The notes below the pieces were generated by a model. That model was not told where the DNA came from and ran no database searches. It worked only from the letters and a program-made list of their open reading frames with translations. A stretch of 63,729 nt of DNA, the filler included, from Platydemus manokwari (lineage: Eukaryota): NCBI GenBank assembly GCA_037951405.1. It is 6 parts of 6 records of this genome, joined end to end, with 100 filler letters (N's around TTAATTAATTAA, not from the genome) between each part and the next. Parts side by side here need not be neighbours in the genome. Positions count along the whole stretch, not along the records: positions 54,713 to 63,729 come from JBBMOY011313538.1; 5 more parts are not named here. One strand, given 5' to 3'. The position numbers and the translations under genes are program-made. This document shows positions 54,785-63,729 of the stretch, in pieces; position 1 is the first letter of the stretch, and every line of letters starts with the position of its first letter.

Positions 54785-55396
54785 GATCAATTCATTCCAT
54801 GCTATTTATACTACTTATTAACCACAATGTATTACATTTTAATGATTTGCTCATTATTTTATGAATTACTCTTTATTAAATAATTGATGTCGATTTGTTT
54901 TTTGGTCTCATTAAAATCATTTCGGTGACTGTGGTTTTATCAGTTAATATCTATTACCAATTATTAATAGATATAGTAATAGTATTATCATTATCATTGA
55001 ATTGAATTCATTGTTATCAGTAGTATTGGTAGCTCTGCAATTGTTGTTTTATCATGAGCCGCTTTTACAATTGCAAAAGTTGTTTCAAATTTTCCATTCC
55101 AATTAAAAATGCCTTCTTTCTTGAATTGCTTGTTCTGAAAATCACCATTTGACAACTGGAACCTAATCCGATTTCTTGTTCTTTTCCAATTGTTTTCAAT
55201 GCTGTTACTGTATTATTGTTCGAGTCAATTAATAGGTGCATCTCAAATACATAACAACTAATAATAAAAACCAAAATACAAATCGACCGAAAATTGTCTC
55301 AGATTTTTTCTCACGGATCGACTGAAAATATTCAATGGAAAATCGATGAACAAGACTAATCGAATCGCAGTTGAATTTCACGAAACTCTGATCACA

Positions 55397-55450
55397 AAAG
55401 ATAAGTCGTGTGTGTGCACGAGCCTAGCCAATGACGTAATCATGGCGCAA
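55397..55450. promoter_or_regulatory. Candidate cis-regulatory cluster upstream of GATA
   Basis: AGATAAG (GATA site), CCAAT overlapping TGACGTAA (CRE/ATF-like) and ATGGCG (YY1-like) within ~50 bp of locally GC-richer sequence. Confidence 0.3.
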
Positions 55451-57157
55451 TTGTTGCGATGCGAGTAACAATTGGAGAGGGATTATGAGTAATTGAACAT
55501 GTTTCGTACGTGTCGACCATATTATAGTGAGCTGACTGACATCATCGAACGGCAACAATAGACTTTTGTTGAACGAATTCACTGGATGAGTGCTATGAAA
55601 AACAACGATGAGAATAAATACAATCTAATTTCTATAATCAACTTAGTACTACTATTTTAAGACATTGGAATTTATGAGTAGTATATATTATAATAATTAA
55701 TTTTTTTAACTACTGCAATTAAAACCAACTTCCAGACAAGTGGCATTTGTTTTTATCAGAACGATTAATCTATTTCACCAACCATCTGTTACCCCCAATG
55801 TAAGAAGCAATCATAAAAATAATTTCGAATGATAAACTTCCGAATGTTATCAGATCTCACCCAAAAACCCTGGTAGCCACAATATCCATTCATCCAACAT
55901 CATCTTTACCATCGATCAATCGATCGTGGTCTTCTCTGTCACGGTGGAATTTTGTTGTCATAGCATTTTGGTTTCGTTTCGATCACCGTGGTTTGATGTT
56001 TTTTGGGAAGAAAAATCAAAACCCACCAACATCTTCCAAACCAGCTCACAATTTTTTAAAAGGGCAATATAATGTCCACATATTCCAAGCCGCCACAAAG
56101 GCCTCTTTACAAAGAATCACAAACCTGGTCTATGTGATGGTGAACTACCAGTAAAAAATACGGCGCCATTAGATGTCGCCAAAAGCTACCTGCAACCTAA
56201 CAGGAACTCATCCGGAAACGGTCCACTGAAGACTGTCATTATTATTTGAAACAAGTATATTGTTATAATAGAGTGCATACTTACAATTAGTGATGCTTTT
56301 TTTTCATTATGTAGTTTCAGTCTCTCGTTGAGTTTTTTTTTGGAGGTGAGCAAATCCTTGGTTTATTAGCTTTGATACAATGAGTTTTGTATCATAATTA
56401 ATTTATATTTACAGTATATATTACAATCAAATAGAATTTTCTTCATTTTGGATTTTGCAGACTTGTATGCCAGCAGCTTTAATCAGTCAGCCAAATCAAA
56501 TCGATATATTTGTGGTATAATATATAAATTTTACTGTGTTGTTGTATTTGTTTTATATTTTCAAATAGAATCATTCATTCATTTTTTTATCTATTAGAAT
56601 TTCAGGAGAAAAAACCAAAGCAAAAAAAAACTATTAAACAAACCAACTGTTCTGAGAGGATGATAGTAGAAATTAAATTTCCATTTTAGGATTATTTTTG
56701 TCATTACCAGATAACTATCGAATCTTTACTGGAATTTCATTGGTCGAGGAATTGAAAAGTGACAGAAAATTCAAAATACACACCGACAATAATGAATGGA
56801 TATTGCGCTACCCCATCAGTTGATTCGACTATTTGTGTGTGTGGCGATTAGATTTTGTGCGCATAATTTCATTCAATCAAATCGTTCGATTGCCAATATT
56901 GGTTCGCACACAACACATCGATATTAAATCAACCCAACCAGCAATTTAAAGCATTTAATAGAATTATCAAGATTGATAATCTTGTCAACGAGTTTGATAC
57001 CACAGATCAACTAATTTGCTATTGATATCTAATCAGTATCATCAATCTTCAAGTAGGTAGGTGCCCTTTCATTGATTTGTGGTATTCATTAATAAATCTA
57101 TTAACTGGTAATCGTTTTCTCACAGACTGCCGAAACTGGGAGTAACAAAAAAAAATT

Positions 57158-60100
57158 ATGGAAATGAAATTGGAAAACTACGAATCGAATATCCGTAACG
57201 GTTCCAATCAAGATTACAATCGATTTCTATGGAATCAAAATTCCGTACCGAGTTTATTGAGCGAAAATCTCGCTCCTCATTTTTATGAATTATCCTCCAA
57301 ATCCAGTGACTGTTCGATTCTAAATGGAAACAACTGTGATTTATCGGATTATTCTCGCATCCATGACTATTATCCAGGTAATTTATTATCATTAACATCG
57401 ACCATTTCCAAAGGGTTTTTTTCTTTCATGTATCTCAAACCAAAGTCGCTTGTCGAAGCGGTTCGAGTTACCGATTTTAAGACACAGTAATATCAATTTT
57501 TAAAATACGATCCCATGGGTTTTTGAATAAAATCTCCATATAAAAATCAATGGATTTATCCTGTCGTTATTCTGGGAGGTTATTGTTTGAGTGGAGGATT
57601 TTTTTGTATAATGAAAACGAAAAATGACAATGATGGAATCCAAAAACGAAAACAATCCCATTCTGGTAGGAAGAGTTTTTCGCCGCCACTTTCTTCCGGT
57701 AGAATTGTATTAGTAAAAGACAAAAGTTATAGCTGTAGTTGTTGTTTTTTTCGTGATGACGCCATTTCCCATTTTATGGTTGATAATGGGTTTTGTCGTT
57801 TTATATATTTGAGAGATGGCTTTCTGGCAAGCTCACTTATGTCGATAAGCAATCAGGGTTTTTTGATATTCGAATAAAAATGTATTGGAAAAGGTTTTAT
57901 CGGATTAATGATGTAAAATGGTTTTGTAACATCTATTATTACCATTAACAACTTGTTATGTAATACAATAATTGATTATAACATGGCTTTACTCTAGATT
58001 ATACGAAAAACCCAGAAGAAATCTATTCTCAATTAAAAACCTATTGCAATGGTGGCCATAACTCTCTTCATGGAATCAAATCGGGCTGGAATCCATTGTT
58101 TTCCAACAATCCAGCACCAAACAGCAATTATCCATCGGTATTCTGTGACCAATCGAAACTCACCGATCCCAACATCACCCATCCCGATTTGAGTCGAATC
58201 TATTCCGGTTTATCATCAACCAGTTCGACGATCAAATCACCGAATTGGATGCCATTCCCCAGTGCAAATATCATCAATTCCACCATATATCCACCGACAA
58301 TTCCACAAAATTCTCGTTCGACAACTCAACAGAGTCCCTCATCAAATATCAGTGAGCAGAAATTCGAATCCCGCCAAACACATTCCAAATACGATGAAAC
58401 GAAATCCAGCCCAAAATCATCTTATCCAACAAAACATTCCTCATCTAAAGAGAGCTTATTACCAAACGATTCCAGTGCTGTCTCAACCAATCCAACCGAC
58501 AAATCCAAATCAGACCAAAATACCAATGCCAATTCCAAATTGGGTAATTACTACGATCAATCTCTCGATCAATTCCATGACAACGGAAATAATTACATCC
58601 AATCATTGGTGAATTCGGGCATGTTGCGTTCATCGATTTCGAAAGAATCGAATACGAATTTATCCATGCGCTGTTTACAATCGAATTATCTCAATCACAA
58701 TTCGTATTTCCCGACAATTCCAAACAACAGCGATTACACGAGCGAATCCGGTTGTAATATGTTCCCAAATTCCGAATCTCAAAGCAATTCCTTCAGCTCA
58801 ACAACGAAATTCAAAACATCCAAAAAAAGCAGTTCAAGTAATTATCAATCAATTATTATTATTTTTAATTAAATTAATTAAAATGAACATTTTTTTCGAG
58901 TTGTTACTTCATTATTTTTCATGTCCTCTTCCATGTGTGCATGCCTGAAAATCTGTGTGTGTGTGCGCGCGTGCGTGCTAATAGTTAAGATCATCTCCAA
59001 AAAACAAACACCATAACAGAGTCCGATAATCAATAATTATGATGATCTGTGAATTTATTGAAGTGACATTGTAATAAAATTGGGAAAAATTCCGCTCTAT
59101 CGTTTATCAACAATTCAAATTTTTATGTTATTGATTTCACAAACACTGGCTCGATGTCGATCTTTCATTTTTTTTTCGTCACTGGTGGTGAACCTGATGC
59201 CATTCCACAAACGATGCTGGTAACAATATCATGGAGTATGTGGCATTTTCGAACACCAAACACCTGCAGCACCAATTTTTCGGGTATCGCCAGACAATTC
59301 CACTTCTGTGTCTAATGAGCCGAGAGAGAAAGATCGAGAGAGCGAAAGAGAAAGAGAGAGAGAGTGGATATAAAATTGAAATCTGCCCTTCTGTCAGCAT
59401 CATGCTAACGAATGCTTGATGCCAATGTTTATTTAACCACTCATCACCCATCTCGTTGGACTAAAATAATTTTCAAATACATGATTCTGACATCATTTTC
59501 CTTGTATGTCGCTGTGCAGCCGAGACTGCTACTAATACGGACAGGTTTTTTTTCCACCGAATGACTAAGTTGACCGGTGTTTTCGTATACGAGAGTGGTT
59601 TCGGATAATAATGATGAATGTAATTATTATTACCGTACATCATTAATACTATTACTATTACGATTCATAATTATTAATATCGTTCACGTTCATATTTTGT
59701 TTTTATTATCGGTCCTTTAATTCTGTTTGGGATAATTTTTTTTCTCCCAATTTGTATTTGTATTAAGTTTTTTTCTGATTATTATATAGATGAAGGCCGT
59801 GAATGTGTCAATTGTGGAGCGGTCAATACGCCTTTGTGGAGACGGGACGGTCAAGGCAATTATCTATGCAATGCCTGTGGACTGTATCAGAAAATGAATG
59901 GACAAAATCGACCTTTGATCAAGCCCAAACGACGATTGGTTAGTTGAGAGATAATATATAATTTATTGAATATATTAATCACATATATCTATAAATAACG
60001 ACGATATCTAATTTATTTTATCTTTCGCTCGGTCTCTTTGTAATAACGATTATTATTTTTTTTGTTGTCCTTTCCATCTATCGTTCAATGTGTCTCTCTC

Positions 60101-62356
60101 TCTATCTATTCTCTCCATTCTATTCCATTATATTATCAATGGACTATTATTCGTATATCTGGTTCTAACATTTACTGATGGAATTGATAATAATATTATT
60201 TCTGTTTGTAGTAAATTAGAGAATTCTCCAAGTCTTAAAACATGATCGAAAACAATGATACTGGTAGTCTTTTATTCCAAACAACAATAGAACTCTAAGT
60301 AAAAAACATGGTTTTGCGTGATAATCAACTACTGGAAATGTGCGCATGATTGCGATCAGATAAGAAACGTAACCAATTTGACGATTGGAAAAATGAGAGA
60401 GAGAGAAAAGTTTTTTTTATCAATATCAGTAAAAGTTTGAAGTTAGATATGGGATAACAATTCGGGTTTTTATTCACGGATCGCGTAACGGAAAACGTTT
60501 TATTCCATTAATAGGTTTGAAAAAGGCTGAATAAGTTTATTAGAAGGAAAAATATCGATTTACTTTTATTAAATAATTAAAATTTTAGAACGATGGAATG
60601 GATTTAATTAAATATCGAGTGCTGTCTGATGTTTCTGCTATTCCTTATTATATGTTGTAAACGAAAACCCATTGACCCCACTCGTATTGTCCTTGTGGGG
60701 TTTCCATAGTGATACCAAATACATGCTACTATTAGTCGATAATAGTATTGGTTCCGATAACATCGAAAGTGTAAATTATATTTGAATCATTTTATAATTT
60801 TTTCTTTCAATTCATTTTCTAAGCCATACTCAATTTCTTATTGGGAAAAGAAAACTATTAAGACAACATTTTTTTCCATCGAAGAGAAATTTCCTAATCT
60901 TGTCACAAATCATACACTTCATTATTCTCAACACAAAAAGAAAAACAAACAAAAAAAACACAATTGATTTTTCTCTTTTACAGTTTCTTAACTTGAGATT
61001 TATCAAATGATTTCATCTATCGATAACGATTCCACAGATGTATGGTAAATTTTTATGAGTCCTCTCTTCCCCCCTTGTCATTGTATTGCTAATTTTCCCA
61101 CTGCTTTCCCCCCCAGAAAAAAAACAACAACAACTTCGATAGAAGCAAGAATTTATGACTATTAACAGCAAAAAAAAATCATTTTTTATCCATCTCTCTT
61201 ATTTCCAGTCAGCTTCTCGACGAACCGGAACGATTTGTTCGAATTGTAATACGTCAACGACAACATTGTGGAGACGAAACAGTAATGGTGAGCCGGTTTG
61301 CAATGCCTGTGGCCTCTATTTCAAGCTACACAGTGTAAGATATTATTTTATTTTTTAAACGGTATTGGATTTGGTTTTATTACAAAAATACCTCTTCTCG
61401 TTCTTGTAAACATCCACCAAAAATGATGGTAGTGCTCTGTCCGAATGATGTAATATTTCTCAGTAGCGATGTTATCGATGATTATAAAACCATATCCAGC
61501 GCATAGGTTCTTCGTTTTTATAACAAAACACAACCAGTGCTGTGTGAGCGGCAAAAGTTGATGGAAATGGAGATAAATAGAGAGATGAAGAAGCAAAAAA
61601 CAAACCGCTGTTAGATCATAATCGATAACGGGTTATAGTAATAAGTATTGTCCAGAACTCGTGTGATGAATTGAACAATCAGAAAATGATTGAGGAGATG
61701 GAACAGTGATTTGTCACCGATAGGCATAACAATAGAAGTAATCGACTTACTTAAGTGAAAGATATATCGAATAAAAAAATTCAACAATAACTGATAGAGA
61801 ACACTGATCATTTGTGGAGATTAATTCTTGTATCATTCAAGAAAATTGTATTGATTTATTGATTTATTGATTTATTTTACAGGTCAGTCGACCACCGACC
61901 ATGAAAAAAGAAGGCATACAAACTCGAAATCGAAAAGTGTCTCACAAGAGCAAACGTCGACGATCAGAGGAATTGGATTATTTCAAATCATCGAACCAGT
62001 TGCATTGCTTTTCGGCTCCATTCAATCATTCGAGAACGGGAATGTCACCCGACAATTTTCCCCAATCGATCCAATCGCCGTACATGGTGGGATCGTATTT
62101 TCAAAACAACCAAATCCTATCGGACTCCAATCCACAGAATGCGTTGGCTATGTTCGGCAGTTTGAGTTCTCATAATATCCATTCATCCGTTGCCAGTGCT
62201 ATGGAAACCAGTTTGATGCATCAATCCAATCACATGATGCAATCATCTCATCATTCTACTCTGCCAGTTGCAGCGGGTGGAGCTCATTTCAATCATTTCA
62301 ACTCCAATTCTTCACCGAATCTCGCAGCAGCATATCTCGGTCAAGGAATGTGCTAA
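57158..62356 (+). CDS. gata123: GATA1/2/3-class (grain-like) dual zinc-finger transcription factor, 602 aa
   Basis: Exons 57158-57377, 57998-58837, 59790-59938, 61209-61334, 61883-62356, all GT-AG and phase-compatible (1809 nt). In-frame TAA just upstream of the ATG. N-finger [50 protein letters not shown]-finger [42 protein letters not shown], tail [30 protein letters not shown] and TRNRK are GATA123 signatures. Confidence 0.95.
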
Positions 62357-63654
62357 CATTTGAAGATAGGAATTGTATCTACTGATGTCGTCTTGTATAA
62401 AGATTTCTTGTTCGATTTTATCAATTTTACCATTGATCAGAAGTGTATAATAATATATAAAATGTGATATGAATATTTGATGTTTTCTCTCTTTATATGT
62501 ATATCTCTTTTAATTACATTAAATGAAAGCTTATTACATAAACACAAATATATTACAATTTATCATGATATTGTATCAATTTATTGAAGATTTTCAAAAT
62601 GGTCCGTGTCTACAGTCATTTCTCTTTATTAATAGTTTAAATGGTAATAAAATACTACTAGGGATTACGACGCCCCCTCCTTCTAATAAAAATACATTTT
62701 GCTTTCGGAATAATATCATTTGAAGACCGAAAATGAACTTCAAATATGCTGACAGCAACAATTTCCACTAATCCCTCATAAATGATTAATAATATAACGG
62801 TAACTAATTACAAATAAATTCTGGCTTTTGATTGGTTTCTTCAAAACGTAATTGGCAACGCATTAAAAATGAAAAAAACATATAATCGCTCCAATCAACA
62901 ATTGAATTAAAAATATTGAAATCGAAATAATCCGATGAAAAGAGGTCGTTAAGGAAAATTAAAAAACAAAACCCGATATATTTATAAATAAAACAAAACA
63001 AAACACAAACAAATCTATTCACCCAGACATAGCAATTTAAAAAAAGCTTTCCCCCAATTCCTACCGGTCATTGTCTGCAATTATTCGCCACCGGAAACTC
63101 TCTAATTCGTGATTGGGCTTGTGATTCCAATAGACAGTTTGAAAACCGATTCTGTACATTTGTATTTGCCTTATTTTCATTCAACATACACAATCCAATA
63201 CCAAAAGCAAAATACTATTTAGTTATTTATATATCTCTCTATCTGTATGAATGGGCATAAATAGATTTTCATATGATACACGGTTTGGGATCAAAAAATC
63301 GGAAAAATCCAAATTTGACAAATGCTAATTAAAATAATAAGCCAATAATGTTGGCAAAACTAATCCCTCACCAACGAATTTATTGAGTTTTCCCCATCGA
63401 GAACGAATTTGATAGTACACGTTTGAGTAAACAGTAAAATTTTGAGTTGTAGTTGCTATCTACCAATCAGCAATTGACTGGCAATTACATGTCAGATTCC
63501 CATGAAATGGGATGATTTATGACCGTCTTTCAATCTCCACGACAATATATCATTCGAATCTTTAATTCGTATCAAGATCAATATTTGACAATTTGCAATT
63601 GATTTTTCTTACTGAAATCGATTGATTATTTTGTTTTAAAAATTTTTATAATAA

Positions 63655-63664
63655 TTATGATTAC

Positions 63665-63706
<42 letters not shown>

Positions 63707-63729
63707 CATTACCATTATTATTATTATTA
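63655..63729. repeat. (ATT)n microsatellite
   Basis: Trinucleotide run at the window end. Confidence 0.93.

Larger units (their letters stand above)
53903..55257 (-). other. Candidate spliced transcript divergent from GATA (exons 55257-55069 and 54122-53903)
   Basis: Both exons have AG acceptors with pyrimidine tracts and are open throughout. The phase-2 donor (TT|gtaaaa) matches the phase-2 acceptor, giving a 130-aa ORF from MHLLIDS... No recognisable homology, and it spans an assembly gap. Confidence 0.25.

Noticed and set aside
55890-56010. Hairpins upstream of GATA as a possible pre-miRNA
   Set aside because: Stems are only 7-9 bp and no known mature miRNA sequence is recognisable.
58262-58633. 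Alternative-frame and antisense ORFs inside GATA exon 2 (also 61867-62175)
   Set aside because: Shadows of the real coding exons.
59520-59544. 25-nt AG...GT micro-exon in GATA intron 2
   Set aside because: Not a multiple of 3 and the donor (gttttt) is weak.
1-63729. CRISPR arrays, rRNA, tRNA, spliced-leader RNA or prokaryotic operons
   Set aside because: None recognisable. The DNA is intron-containing animal sequence, and most short ORFs in the track are AT-rich noise.

Overview
AT-rich eukaryotic (animal) genomic DNA, not prokaryotic. It consists of six contigs joined by five identical artificial 100-bp spacers (44 N + TTAATTAATTAA + 44 N). Two complete spliced genes can be reconstructed by hand: an 8-exon NADH-cytochrome b5 reductase (minus, 21874-23968, 303 aa) and a 5-coding-exon two-finger GATA1/2/3-class transcription factor (plus, 57158-62356, 602 aa). 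There is also a probable terminal exon of a Cys-containing protein with a hydrophobic tail (minus, 24921-25330) and a speculative spliced transcript divergent from GATA. The rest is mostly decayed transposons: pogo/Tigger, Ty3/Gypsy pol, a Ginger/KRBA2-like integrase, an internally deleted mariner with both TIRs, Buster-type hAT MITEs with 8-bp TSDs, and (AAT)n microsatellites. The most notable unannotated structure is a family of ~510-540 bp non-coding LTR elements (TG...CA LTRs of ~150 bp, PBS, purine-rich core, PPT, 5-bp TSD), i.e. a TRIM-like miniature retrotransposon, present at 8 loci as full copies, partial copies and solo LTRs. The short 42-51 bp introns, composition and GATA variant suggest a flatworm such as a planarian, but that is an unverified inference.
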